Positions 10,900 through 26,000 of a DNA stretch of 64,000 nt are shown piece by piece. The translations under genes and the position numbers were made by a program. The stretch lies in assembly GCA_964016885.1 (NCBI GenBank), contig OZ024744.1:106454001-106518000 (forward strand). The letters are read 5' to 3'. This DNA is from Eledone cirrhosa (Eukaryota). The notes under the pieces are model-generated. The model did no database searches, was not told the DNA's origin, and saw only the letters and a program-made list of their open reading frames with translations. The stretch's first letter is position 1, and each line of letters opens with the position of its first letter.

Positions 10900-13800
10900 C
10901 AGTTGGTATTAAAATTGATAGTCCTTATAGGGGTTATAAAATATATAGTCCCTATAGGGATTATAAAATAGTTTCTATAGTGAGGTAGTTGGTATATATG
11001 GGGCAAGTGTTGCTAATAATATATATATAGTTTCTATAGGGGGGTGTTGGTATAAAAATATATAGTTTCTATAGGGGGGTGTTGGTATACAAATATATAG
11101 TTTCTATAGCGGGTGTTGGTATTAAAATATATAGTTTCTATAGCGGGTGTTGGTATTAAAATATATAGTTTCTATAGGGGGTGTTGGTATTAAAATATAT
11201 AGTTTCTATAGGGGGGTGTTGGTATTAAAATATATAGTTTCTATAGCGGGTGTTGGTATTAAAATATAAAGTTTCTATAGGGGGCTGTTGGTATAAAAAT
11301 ATATAGTTTCTATAGGGTGTGTTGGTATTAAAATATATAGTTTCTATAGGGGGGTGTTGGTATAAAAATATATAGTTTCTATAGCGGGTGTTGGTATTAA
11401 AATATATAGTTTCTATAGAGGGGTGTTGGTATTAAAATATATAGTTTCTATAGGGGGGTGTTGGTATAAAAATGTATAGTTTCTATAGCGGGTGTTGGTA
11501 TTAAAATATATAGTTTCTATAGCGGGTGTTGGTATTAAAATATAAAGTTTGTATAGGGGGGTGTTGGTATAAAAATATATAGTTTCTATAGAGGGGTGTT
11601 GGTATTAAAATATATAGTTTCTATAGGGGGGTGTTGGTATAAAAATATATAGTTTCTATAGGGGGTGTTGGTATTAAAATATATAGTTTCTATAGGGGGG
11701 TGTTGGTATTAAAATATATAGTTTCTGTAGCGGGTGTTGGTATTAAAATATATAGTTTCTATAGCGGGTGTTGGTATTAAAATATATAGTTTCTATAGGG
11801 GGTGTTGGTATTAAAATATATAGTTTCTATAGGGGGGGTGTTGGTATTAAAATATATAGTTCCTTTAGCGGGTGTTGGTATTAAAATATATAGTTTCTAT
11901 AGGGGGTGTTGGTATTAAAATATATAGTTTCTATAGCGGGTGTTGGTATTAAAATATATAGTTTCTATAGGGGGTGTTGGTATTAAAATATATAGTTTCT
12001 ATAGCGGGTGTTGGTAATAAAATATATAGTTTCTATAGAGGGGTGTTGGTATTAAAATATATAGTTTCTATAGGGGGGTGTTGGTATAAAAATATATAGT
12101 TTCTATAGCGGGTGTTGGTATTAAAATATATAGTTTCTATAGCGGGTGTTGGTATTAAAATATAAAGTTTGTATAGGGGGGTGTTGGTATAAAAATATAT
12201 AGTTTCTATAGAGGGGTGTTGGTATTAAAATATATAGTTTCTATAGAGGGGTGTTGGTATAAAAATATATAGTTTCTATAGGGGGTGTTGGTATTAAAAT
12301 ATATAGTTTCTATAGGGGGGTGTTGGTATTAAAATATATAGTTTCTGTAGCGGGTGTTGGTATTAAAATATATAGTTTCTATAGCGGGTGTTGGTATTAA
12401 AATATATAGTTTCTATAGGGGGTGTTGGTATTAAAATATATAGTTTCTATAGGGGGGGTGTTGGTATTAAAATATATAGTTCCTTTAGCGGGTGTTGGTA
12501 TTAAAATATATAGTTTCTATAGGGGGTGTTGGTATTAAAATATATAGTTTCTATAGCGGGTGTTGGTATTAAAATATATAGTTTCTATAGGGGGTGTTGG
12601 TATTAAAATATATAGTTTCTATAGCGGGTGTTGGTATTAAAATATATAGTTTCTATAGGGGGTGTTGGTATTAAAATGTATAGTTTCTGTAGCGGGTGTT
12701 GGTATTAAAATATATAGTTTCTATAGGGGAGTGTTGGTATTAAAATATATAGTTTCTTTAGCGGGTGTTGGTATTAAAATATATAGTTTCTATAGGGGGT
12801 GTTGGTATTAAAATATATAGTTTCTATAGGGGGTGTTGGTATTAAAATATATAGTTTCTATAGCGGGTGTTGGTATTAAAATATATAGTTTCTATAGGGG
12901 GGTGTTGGTATTAAAATATATAGTTTCTATAGCGGGTGTTGGTATTAAAATATATAGTTTCTATAGGGGGGTGTTGGTATTAAAATATATAGTTTCTATA
13001 GGGGGGTGTTGGTATTAAAATATATAGTTTCTATAGCGGGTGTTGGTATTAAAATATAAAGTTTCTATAGGGGAGTGTTGGTATTAAAATATATAGTTTC
13101 TTTAGCGGGTGTTGGTATTAAAATATATAGTTTCTATAGGGGAGTGTTGGTATTAAAATATATAGTTTCTTTAGTGGGTGTTGGTATTAAAATATATAGT
13201 TTCTATAGCGGGTGTTGGTATTAAAATATATAGTTTCTATAGGGGGTGTTGGTATTAAAATATATAGTTTCTATAGCGGGTGTTGGTATTAAAATATATA
13301 GTTTCTATAGGGGGTGTTGGTATTAAAATATATAGTTTCTATAGGGGGGTGTTGGTATTAAAATATATAGTTTCTATAGCGGGTGTTGGTATTAAAATAT
13401 ATAGTTTCTTTAGCGGGTGTTGGTATTAAAATATATAGTTTCTATAGCGGGTGTTGGTATTAAAATATATAGTTTCTATAGGGGGGTGTTGGTATTAAAA
13501 TATATAGTTTCTATAGCGGGTGTTGGTATTAAAATATATAGTTTCTATAGCGGGTGTTGGTATTAAAATATATAGTTTCTATAGCGGGTGTTGGTATTAA
13601 AATATATAGTTTCTATAGGGGGTGTTGGTATTAAAATATATAGTTTCTATAGCGGGTGTTGGTATTAAAATATATAGTTTCTATAGGGGGGGTGTTGGTA
13701 TTAAAATATATAGTTTCTATAGGGGGGTGTTGGTATTAAAATATATAGTTTCTGTAGCGGGTGTTGGTATTAAAATATATAGTTTCTTTAGCGGGTGTTG

Positions 13801-15436
13801 GTATTAAAATATATAGTTTCTATAGGGGGTGTTGGTATTAAAATATATAGTTTCTATAGGGGGTGTTGGTATTAAAATATATAGTTTCTATAGCGGGTGT
13901 TGGTATTAAAATATATAGTTTCTATAGGGGAGTGTTGGTATTAAAATATATAGTTTCTTTAGTGGGTGTTGGTATTAAAATATATAGTTTCTATAGCGGG
14001 TGTTGGTATTAAAATATATAGTTTCTATAGGGGGTGTTGGTATTAAAATATATAGTTTCTATAGCGGGTGTTGGTATTAAAATATATAGTTTCTATAGGG
14101 GGTGTTGGTATTAAAATATATAGTTTCTATAGGGGGGTGTTGGTATTAAAATATATAGTTTCTATAGCGGGTGTTGGTATTAAAATATATAGTTTCTTTA
14201 GCGGGTGTTGGTATTAAAATATATAGTTTCTATAGCGGGTGTTGGTATTAAAATATATAGTTTCTATAGGGGGGTGTTGGTATTAAAATATATAGTTTCT
14301 ATAGCGGGTGTTGGTATTAAAATATATAGTTTCTATAGCGGGTGTTGGTATTAAAATATATAGTTTCTATAGCGGGTGTTGGTATTAAAATATATAGTTT
14401 CTATAGGGGGTGTTGGTATTAAAATATATAGTTTCTATAGCGGGTGTTGGTATTAAAATATATAGTTTCTATAGGGGGGGTGTTGGTATTAAAATATATA
14501 GTTTCTATAGGGGGGGTGTTGGTATTAAAATATATAGTTTCTGTAGCGGGTGTTGGTATTAAAATATATAGTTTCTATAGCGGGTGTTGGTATTAAAATA
14601 TATAGTTTCTATAGGGGGGTGTTGGTATTAAAATATATAGTTTCTATAGCGGGTGTTGGTATTAAAATATATAGTTTCTATAGGGGGGTGTTGGTATTAA
14701 AATATATAGTTTCTATAGGGGGGTGTTGGTATTAAAATATATAGTTTCTATAGCGGGTGTTGGTATTAAAATATAAAGTTTCTATAGGGGAGTGTTGGTA
14801 TTAAAATATATAGTTTCTTTAGCGGGTGTTGGTATTAAAATATATAGTTTCTATAGGGGAGTGTTGGTATTAAAATATATAGTTTCTTTAGCGGGTGTTG
14901 GTATTAAAATATATAGTTTCTATAGCGGGTGTTGGTATTAAAATATATAGTTTCTATAGGGGGTGTTGGTATTAAAATATATAGTTTCTATAGCGGGTGT
15001 TGTTATTAAAACATATAGTTTCTATAGCGGGTGTTGGTATTAAAATATATAGTTTCTATAGGGGGGTGTTGGTATTAAAATATATAGTTTCTATAGGGGG
15101 GTGTTGGTATTAAAATATATAGTTTCTATAGCGGGTGTTGGTATTAAAATATATAGTTTCTATAGGGGAGTGTTGGTATTAAAATATATAGTTTCTATAG
15201 GGGGGTGTTGGTATTAAAATATATAGTTTCTATAGGAGGGTGTTGGTATTAAAATATATAGTTTCTATAGGGGGGTGTTGGTATTAAAATATATAGTTTC
15301 TATAGAGGGGTGTTGGTATTAAAATATATAGTTTCTATAGGGGGGGTGTTGGTATAAAAATATATAGTTTCTATAGAGGGGTGTTGGTATTAAAATATAT
15401 AGTTTCTATAGGGGGGTGTTGGTATAAAAATATATT
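10900..15436. repeat. 34-36-bp minisatellite, ~130 copies (TAGCGGGTGTTGGTATTAAAATATATAGTTTCTA; variable G-run)
   Basis: Direct periodicity. Confidence 0.97.
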
Positions 15437-15592
15437 GCTAAACAGTAGAATAAGGGTTTGTTATCTAAAAGTTGAGAATAGCTTAAGATAAGTATTTCAT
15501 TGACCATTAAACAGTGTTGCCTAAAAGTTTCAACAGCTTGAATATTTATGGTCAGTGATATCCACCAATGTGTTTAGCCACATCCCAACCAT

Positions 15593-15905
15593 CTTCTTCT
15601 TCGCCCACATAATCCTGAGAGGGTCATGAGGGGCAGAGTCCTCAAACACTCCTCCCAGCAGGTCCTGTCAGAAGCAACCATCTCCAACTGATCCGGCTGG
15701 GTTCCCCTAGCGTGACCAGCCAAGCTCATGGATGTTATCCAACCATCTTGCTCGAGGTCTACCTCTGGGTCTCTTGCCAGTTGGTTTTGCCCATAATATG
15801 TGTCCAGCGATTCTTTCCACATGTCCGTAGTAGCGGAGCTGTGATCTCTCAGTTCAGAGAAGTAGCAGCTCTACCTGGAGTGATTCACTGATCTCCCAGT
15901 CACAC
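15593..15905 (-). mobile_element. RTE-like LINE 3' fragment
   Basis: RPRGRPRARWLDNI-type C-terminal remnant and an (AAG)n tail. Confidence 0.7.
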
Positions 15906-16129
15906 CTTTGGTAGCTTAATGATTAGGATGTTAGATTTATGTTCAAAAGGATATGAGTTCAATTCTTTTACTAGGCAGTATATTGTCTTCAGGAGCAACA
16001 TGCTTCATATCACATTGCTTTTCATGATAAGACTGGGGCTCCGCTCCTATCATTACAATATTGAGAAAACTCCTAAGTGATGTAACCTCATACAAACTCA
16101 GCTAAAGCTGCATAGGTATGAGCTGTAAC

Positions 16130-17000
16130 AACAACCACAGAAGAGGACTGTTAAGTCTTCCTCCTCTTCTGTTAATCTGTTCTTATACACATCCATCTCT
16201 GGCTCTATTCCTCTCGTCCAGTCACTTTCAACACATGACCCAGCCATCTTATATTTCTCTTCACAACATTCATCACTGTCTCTATTCCCATCACTCCTCT
16301 CTCACACACTCACTCTCATCTTTCCTCTACACATGATCTAGCCATCTCATTTCAGTATGTCTTCACAACAACACAACACCATACAATAATATTACACCCC
16401 TCCCCCACCACCACCACCACCACCACCACCCATATAATGTGATGTTTATTTTTACATATGTATAACAACAACAAATGTTTTAAGACCATCTTTCCTGCTG
16501 AATCTGGAGGTTAACCTTGCTGGTCTCATATCAAGCTTCTCTACCATCTATATCACCCCTCACCAACCTTTCATTTCCTCCTACACCATTTTCAGCCAAG
16601 TTTTTGTTTTGTTGGTCTGCCAATTCCTTTACTTCCTTCCACATTCATTCCCATCACTCCTCTCACCCAGTCGCTTCTATATTTCCTCAACACATGACCC
16701 AAACATCTCATTCTATTTCTCTTCACAACATTAATCGCTGTCTCTATTTCCCATCACTCCTCTCTCACACATTCACTCTCATCTTTCCTCTACACATGAC
16801 CTAGCCATCTTATTCTATTTTCTCCTCTCGTCCAGTCACTTCCATCATTCCTCAACACTGGACCCAACCATCTCATATTTTCTATTCCCATCATCCTCAA
16901 CAATTCATTGTTTATCTTCCTCTCTCTCTCTCTATTAATCTTCTCATCCACTGAACAATTCTCATTTCTCATGTTGTATCTTTCCACTTCTTTCTTTGCA
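16130..17000 (-). mobile_element. Degenerate, internally duplicated RTE LINE 3' remnants
   Basis: NELLRMMGIENMRWLGPVLR / IRWLGHV remnants are repeated several times. A paralogous segment lies at ~35140-35900. Confidence 0.55.
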
Positions 17001-17070
17001 GCTATCTTTTACATATGTAAAAATAAACACCACATCTTATTCAGTTTATCAGGATCTGTTTTCACAATTT

Positions 17071-20000
17071 AGGTCCTTGTGATGGCAATGTTTGATAGCT
17101 GGATGTTATTACTGGTATATTGCTATAGTTACCATGAGGTCCTTGTGATGGCAATGTTTGATAGCTGGATGTTATTACTGGTATATTGCTATAGTTACCA
17201 TGAGGTCCTTGTGATGGCAATGTTTGGTAGTTGGATGTTATTACTGGTATATTGCTATAGTTACCATGAGGTCCTTGTGATGGCAATGTTTGATAGCTGG
17301 ATGTTATTACTGGTATATTGCTATAGTTACCATGAGGTCCTTGTGATGGCAATGTTTGATAGCTGGATGTTATTACTGGTATATTGCTATAGTTACCATG
17401 AGGTCCTTGTGATGGCAATGTTTGGTAGTTGGATGTTATTACTGGTATATTGCTATAGTTACCATGAGGTCCTTGTGATGGCAATGTTTGATAGCTGGAT
17501 GTTATTACTGGTATATTGCTATAGTTACCATGAGGTCCTTGTGATGGCAATGTTTGATAGCTGGATGTTATTACTGGTATATTGCTATAGTTACCATGAG
17601 GTCCTTGTGATGGCAATGTTTGGTAGTTGGATGTTATTACTGGTATATTGCTATAGTTACCATGGGGTCCTTGTGATGGCAATGTTTGATAGCTGGATGT
17701 TATTACTGGTATATTGCTATAGTTACCATGGGGTCCTTGTGATGGCAATGTTTGGTAGTTGGATGTTATTACTGGTATATTGCTATAGTTACCATGAGGT
17801 CCTTGTGATGGCAATGTTTGATAGCTGGATGTTATTACTGGTATATTGCTATAGTTACCATGGGGTCCTTGTGATGGCAATGTTTGGTAGCTGGCTGTTA
17901 TTACTGGTATATTGCTATAGTTACCATGAGGTCCTTGTGATGGCAATGTTTGATAGCTGGATGTTATTACTGGTATATTGCTATAGTTACCATGAGGTCC
18001 TTGTGATGGCAATGTTTGATAGCTGGATGTTATTACTGGTATATTGCTATAGTTACCATGGGGTCCTTGTGATGGCAATGTTTGGTAGCTGGATGTTATT
18101 ACTGGTATATTGCTATAGTTACCATGGGGTCCTTGTGATGGCAATGTTTGATAGCTGGATGTTATTACTGGTATATTGCTATAGTTACCATGAGGTCCTT
18201 GTGATGGCAATGTTTGGTAACTGGATGTTATTACTGGTATATTGCTATAGTTACCATGAGGTCCTTGTGATGGCAATGTTTGATAGCTGGATGTTATTAC
18301 TGGTATATTGCTATAGTTACCATGAGGTCCTTGTGATGGCAATGTCTGATAGCTGGATGTTATTACTGGTATATTGCTATAGTTACCATGAGGTCCTTGT
18401 GATGGCAATGTTTGATAGCTGGATGTTATTACTGGTATATTGCTATAGTTACCATGAGGTCCTTGTGATGGCAATGTTTGATAGTTGGATGTTATTACTG
18501 GTATATTGCTATAGTTACCATGGGGTCCTTGTGATGGCAATGTTTGGTAGCTGGATGTTATTACTGGTATATTGCTATAGTTACCATGGGGTCCTTGTGA
18601 TGGCAATGTTTGATAGCTGGATGTTATTACTGGTATATTGCTATAGTTACCATGAGGTCCTTGTGATGGCAATGTTTGATAGCTGGATGTTATTACTGGT
18701 ATATTGCTATAGTTACCATGGGGTCCTTGTGATGGCAATGTTTGGTAGTTGGATGTTATTACTGGTATATTGCTATAGTTACCATGGGGTCCTTGTGATG
18801 GCAATGTTTGGTAGCTGGATGTTATTACTGGTATATTGCTATAGTTACCATGAGGTCCTTGTGATGGCAATGTTTGGTAGCTGGATGTTATTACTGGTAT
18901 ATTGCTATAGTTACCATGAGATCCTTGTGATGGCAATGTTTGGTAGTTGGATGTTATTACTGGTATATTGCTATAGTTACCATGGGGTCCTTGTGATGGC
19001 AATGTTTGGTAGCTGGATGTTATTACTGGTATATTGCTATAGTTACCATGGGGTCCTTGTGATGGCAATGTTTGGTAGCTGGATGTTATTACTGGTATAT
19101 TGCTATAGTTACCATGAGATCCTTGTGATGGCAATGTTTGATAGCTGGATGTTATTACTGGTATATTGCTATAGTTACCATGAGGTCCTTGTGATGGCAA
19201 TGTTTGATAGCTGGATGTTATTACTGGTATATTGCTATAGTTACCATGGGGTCCTTGTGATAGCAATGTTAGGTAGCTGGATGTTATTACTGGTATATTG
19301 CTATAGTTACCATGAGGTCCTTGTGATGGCAATGTTTGGTAGTTGGATGTTATTACTGGTATATTGCTATAGTTACCATGAGGTCCTTGTGATGGCAATG
19401 TTTGGTAGTTGGATGTTATTACTGGTATATTGCTATAGTTACCATGAGGTCCTTGTGATAGCAATGTTAGGTAGCTGGATGTTATTACTGGTATATTGCT
19501 ATAGTTACCATGAGGTCCTTGTGATGGCAATGTTTGGTAGCTGGATGTTATTACTGGTATATTGCTATAGTTACCATGAGGTCCTTGTGATGGCAATGTT
19601 TGGTAGTTGGATGTTATTACTGGTATATTGCTATAGTTACCATGAGGTCCTTGTGATGGCAATGTTTGGTAGCTGGATGTTATTACTGGTATATTGCTAT
19701 AGTTACCATGGGGTCCTTGTGATGGCAATGTTTGGTAGCTGGATGTTATTACTGGTATATTGCTATAGTTACCATGGGGTCCTTGTGATAGCAATGTTAG
19801 GTAGTTGGATGTTATTACTGGTATATTGCTATAGTTACCATGGGGTCCTTGTGATGGCAATGTTTGGTAGCTGGATGTTATTACTGGTATATTGCTATAG
19901 TTACCATGGGGTCCTTGTGATAGCAATGTTAGGTAGTTGGATGTTATTACTGGTATATTGCTATAGTTACCATGGGGTCCTTGTGATGGCAATGTTTGGT

Positions 20001-23000
20001 AGCTGGATGTTATTACTGGTATATTGCTATAGTTACCATGAGATCCTTGTGATGGCAATGTTTGGTAGTTGGATGTTATTACTGGTATATTGCTATAGTT
20101 ACCATGAGGTCCTTGTGATGGCAATGTTAGGTAGCTGGATGTTATTACTGGTATATTGCTATAGTTACCATGGGGTCCTTGTGATGGCAATGTTTGGTAG
20201 CTGGATGTTATTACTGGTATATTGCTATAGTTACCATGGGGTCCTTGTGATGGCAATGTTTGATAGCTGGATGTTATTACTGGTATATTGCTATAGTTAC
20301 CATGAGGTCCTTGTGATGGCAATGTTTGATAGCTGGATGTTATTACTGGTATATTGCTATAGTTACCATGGGGTCCTTGTGATGGCAATGTTTGATAGCT
20401 GGATGTTATTACTGGTATATTGCTATAGTTACCATGAGGTCCTTGTGATGGCAATGTTTGATAGCTGGATGTTATTACTGGTATATTGCTATAGTTACCA
20501 TGAGGTCCTTGTGATGGCAATGTTTGATAGTTGGATGTTATTACTGGTATATTGCTATAGTTACCATGGGGTCCTTGTGATGGCAATGTTTGGTAGCGAG
20601 ATGTTATTACTGGTATATTGCTATAGTTACCATGAGGTCCTTGTGATGGCAATGTCTGATAGCTGGATGTTATTACTGGTATATTGCTATAGTTACCATG
20701 AGGTCCTTGTGATGGCAATGTTTGGTAGCTGGATGTTATTACTGGTATATTGCTATAGTTACCATGGGGTCCTTGTGATGGCAATGTTTGGTAGCTGGAT
20801 GTTATTACTGGTATATTGCTATAGTTACCATGGGGTCCTTGTGATGGCAATGTCTGATAGCTGGATGTTATTACTGGTATATTGCTATAGTTACCATGAG
20901 ATCCTTGTGATGGCAATGTTTGGTAGTTGGATGTTATTACTGGTATATTGCTATAGTTACCATGAGGTCCTTGTGATGGCAATGTCTGATAGCTGGATGT
21001 TATTACTGGTATATTGCTATAGTTACCATGAGGTCCTTGTGATGGCAATGTTTGGTAGCGAGATGTTATTACTGGTATATTGCTATAGTTACCATGGGGT
21101 CCTTGTGATGGCAATGTTTGGTAGCTGGATGTTATTACTGGTATATTGCTATAGTTACCATGAGGTCCTTGTGATGGCAATGTTTGGTAGCGAGATGTTA
21201 TTACTGGTATATTGCTATAGTTACCATGGGGTCCTTGTGATGGCAATGTTTGGTAGCTGGATGTTATTACTGGTATATTGCTATAGTTACCATGAGGTCC
21301 TTGTGATGGCAATGTCTGATAGCTGGATGTTATTACTGGTATATTGCTATAGTTACCATGAGGTCCTTGTGATGGCAATGTTTGGTAGCTGGATGTTATT
21401 ACTGGTATATTGCTATAGTTACCATGGGGTCCTTGTGATGGCAATGTTTGGTAGCTGGCTGTTATTACTGGTATATTGCTATAGTTACCATGAGGTCCTT
21501 GTGATGGCAATGTTTGGTAGTTGGATGTTATTACTGGTATATTGCTATAGTTACCATGGGGTCCTTGTGATGGCAATGTTTGGTAGTTGGATGTTATTAC
21601 TGGTATATTGCTATAGTTACCATGAGGTCCTTGTGATGGCAATGTTTGATAGCTGGATGTTATTACTGGTATATTGCTATAGTTACCATGGGGTCCTTGT
21701 GATGGCAATGTTTGATAGCTGGATGTTATTACTGGTATATTGCTATAGTTACCATGAGGTCCTTGTGATGGCAATGTTTGGTAGCTGGATGTTATTACTG
21801 GTATATTGCTATAGTTACCATGAGGTCCTTGTGATGGCAATGTCTGATAGCTGGATGTTATTACTGGTATATTGCTATAGTTACCATGGGGTCCTTGTGA
21901 TGGCAATGTCTGATAGCTGGATGTTATTACTGGTATATTGCTATAGTTACCATGGGGTCCTTGTGATGGCAATGTCTGATAGCTGGATGTTATTACTGGT
22001 ATATTGCTATAGTTACCATGGGGTCCTTGTGATGGCAATGTTTGGTAGCTGGCTGTTATTACTGGTATATTGCTATAGTTACCATGAGGTCCTTGTGATG
22101 GCAATGTTTGATAGCTGGATGTTATTACTGGTATATTGCTATAGTTACCATGGGGTCCTTGTGATGGCAATGTCTGATAGCTGGATGTTATTACTGGTAT
22201 ATTGCTATAGTTACCATGGGGTCCTTGTGATGGCAATGTCTGATAGCTGGATGTTATTACTGGTATATTGCTATAGTTACCATGGGGTCCTTGTGATGGC
22301 AATGTCTGATAGCTGGATGTTATTACTGGTATATTGCTATAGTTACCATGGGGTCCTTGTGATGGCAATGTTTGGTAGCTGGATGTTATTACTGGTATAT
22401 TGCTATAGTTACCATGGGGTCCTTGTGATGGCAATGTCTGATAGCTGGATGTTATTACTGGTATATTGCTATAGTTACCATGAGGTCCTTGTGATGGCAA
22501 TGTTTGGTAGCTGGCTGTTATTACTGGTATATTGCTATAGTTACCATGAGGTCCTTGTGATGGCAATGTTTGGTAGCTGGCTGTTATTACTGGTATATTG
22601 CTATAGTTACCATGAGGTCCTTGTGATGGCAATGTTTGATAGCTGGATGTTATTACTGGTATATTGCTATAGTTACCATGGGGTCCTTGTGATGGCAATG
22701 TTTGGTAGCTGGATGTTATTACTGGTATATTGCTATAGTTACCATGGGGTCCTTGTGATGGCAATGTTTGATAGCTGGATGTTATTACTGGTATATTGCT
22801 ATAGTTACCATGAGGTCCTTGTGATGGCAATGTTTGGTAGCTGGATGTTATTACTGGTATATTGCTATAGTTACCATGAGGTCCTTGTGATGGCAATGTT
22901 TGGTAGCTGGATGTTATTACTGGTATATTGCTATAGTTACCATGGGGTCCTTGTGATGGCAATGTTTGATAGCTGGATGTTATTACTGGTATATTGCTAT

Positions 23001-26000
23001 AGTTACCATGGGGTCCTTGTGATGGCAATGTTTGATAGCTGGATGTTATTACTGGTATATTGCTATAGTTACCATGAGGTCCTTGTGATGGCAATGTTTG
23101 ATAGCTGGATGTTATTACTGGTATATTGCTATAGTTACCATGAGGTCCTTGTGATGGCAATGTTTGGTAGCTGGATGTTATTACTGGTATATTGCTATAG
23201 TTACCATGAGGTCCTTGTGATGGCAATGTTTGATAGCTGGATGTTATTACTGGTATATTGCTATAGTTACCATGGGGTCCTTGTGATGGCAATGTTTGGT
23301 AGCTGGATGTTATTACTGGTATATTGCTATAGTTACCATGAGGTCCTTGTGATGGCAATGTTTGGTAGCTGGATGTTATTACTGGTATATTGCTATAGTT
23401 ACCATGGGGTCCTTGTGATGGCAATGTTTGGTAGCTGGATGTTATTACTGGTATATTGCTATAGTTACCATGAGGTCCTTGTGATGGCAATGTTTGATAG
23501 CTGGATGTTATTACTGGTATATTGCTATAGTTACCATGGGGTCCTTGTGATGGCAATGTCTGATAGCTGGATGTTATTACTGGTATATTGCTATAGTTAC
23601 CATGGGGTCCTTGTGATGGCAATGTCTGATAGCTGGATGTTATTACTGGTATATTGCTATAGTTACCATGAGGTCCTTGTGATGGCAATGTTTGATAGCT
23701 GGATGTTATTTCTGGTATATTGCTATAGTTACCATGAGGTCCTTGTGATGGCAATGTCTGATAGCTGGATGTTATTACTGGTATATTGCTATAGTTACCA
23801 TGAGGTCCTTGTGATGGCAATGTTTGATAGCTGGATGTTATTACTGGTATATTGCTATAGTTACCATGAGGTCCTTGTGATGGCAATGTTTGGTAGCTGG
23901 ATGTTATTACTGGTATATTGCTATAGTTACCATGAGGTCCTTGTGATGGCAATGTTTGGTAGTTGGATGTTATTACTGGTATATTGCTATAGTTACCATG
24001 GGGTCCTTGTGATGGCAATGTTTGGTAGCTGGATGTTATTACTGGTATATTGCTATAGTTACCATGGGGTCCTTGTGATGGCAATGTCTGATAGTTGGAT
24101 GTTATTACTGGTATATTGCTATAGTTACCATGAGGTCCTTGTGATGGCAATGTCTGATAGTTGGATGTTATTACTGGTATATTGCTATAGTTACCATGGG
24201 GTCCTTGTGATGGCAATGTCTGATAGTTGGATGTTATTACTGGTATATTGCTATAGTTACCATGGGGTCCTTGTGATGGCAATGTCTGATAGTTGGATGT
24301 TATTACTGGTATATTGCTATAGTTACCATGAGGTCCTTGTGATGGCAATGTTTGGTAGTTGGATGTTATTACTGGTATATTGCTATAGTTACCATGGGGT
24401 CCTTGTGATGGCAATGTTTGGTAGCTGGATGTTATTACTGGTATATTGCTATAGTTACCATGAGGTCCTTGTGATGGCAATGTTTGATAGTTGGATGTTA
24501 TTACTGGTATATTGCTATAGTTACCATGAGGTCCTTGTGATGGCAATGTTTGATAGCGAGATGTTATTACTGGTATATTGCTATAGTTACCATGGGGTCC
24601 TTGTGATGGCAATGTTTGGTAGCTGGATGTTATTACTGGTATATTGCTATAGTTACCATGAGGTCCTTGTGATGGCAATGTCTGATAGCTGGATGTTATT
24701 ACTGGTATATTGCTATAGTTACCATGAGGTCCTTGTGATGGCAATGTCTGATAGCTGGATGTTATTACTGGTATATTGCTATAGTTACCATGAGGTCCTT
24801 GTGATGGCAATGTTTGATAGCTGGATGTTATTACTGGTATATTGCTATAGTTACCATGAGGTCCTTGTGATGGCAATGTTTGGTAGCTGGATGTTATTAC
24901 TGGTATATTGCTATAGTTACCATGAGGTCCTTGTGATGGCAATGTCTGATAGCTGGATGTTATTACTGGTATATTGCTATAGTTACCATGAGGTCCTTGT
25001 GATGGCAATGTTTGGTAGCGAGATGTTATTACTGGTATATTGCTATAGTTACCATGAGGTCCTTGTGATGGCAATGTCTGGTAGTTGGATGTTATTACTG
25101 GTATATTGCTATAGTTACCATGAGATCCTTGTGATGGCAATGTTTGGTAGCTGGATGTTATTACTGGTATATTGCTATAGTTACCATGAGGTCCTTGTGA
25201 TGGCAATGTTTGATAGCTGGATGTTATTACTGGTATATTGCTATAGTTACCATGAGGTCCTTGTGATGGCAATGTTTGATAGCTGGATGTTATTACTGGT
25301 ATATTGCTATAGTTACCATGAGGTCCTTGTGATGGCAATGTTTGGTAGCTGGCTGTTATTACTGGTATATTGCTATAGTTACCATGAGGTCCTTGTGATG
25401 GCAATGTTTGGTAGCTGGATGTTATTACTGGTATATTGCTATAGTTACCATGAGGTCCTTGTGATGGCAATGTTTGGTAGTTGGATGTTATTACTGGTAT
25501 ATTGCTATAGTTACCATGAGGTCCTTGTGATGGCAATGTTTGGTAGTTGGATGTTATTACTGGTATATTGCTATAGTTACCATGAGGTCCTTGTGATGGC
25601 AATGTTTGGTAGCTGGATGTTATTACTGGTATATTGCTATAGTTACCATGGGGTCCTTGTGATGGCAATGTTTGATAGCTGGATGTTATTACTGGTATAT
25701 TGCTATAGTTACCATGAGGTCCTTGTGATGGCAATGTTTGGTAGCTCGATGTTATTACTGGTATATTGCTATAGTTACCATGAGGTCCTTGTGATGGCAA
25801 TGTTTGGTAGCTGGCTGTTATTACTGGTATATTGCTATAGTTACCATGAGGTCCTTGTGATGGCAATGTTTGATAGCTGGATGTTATTACTGGTATATTG
25901 CTATAGTTACCATGGGGTCCTTGTGATGGCAATGTTTGGTAGCTGGCTGTTATTACTGGTATATTGCTATAGTTACCATGAGGTCCTTGTGATGGCAATG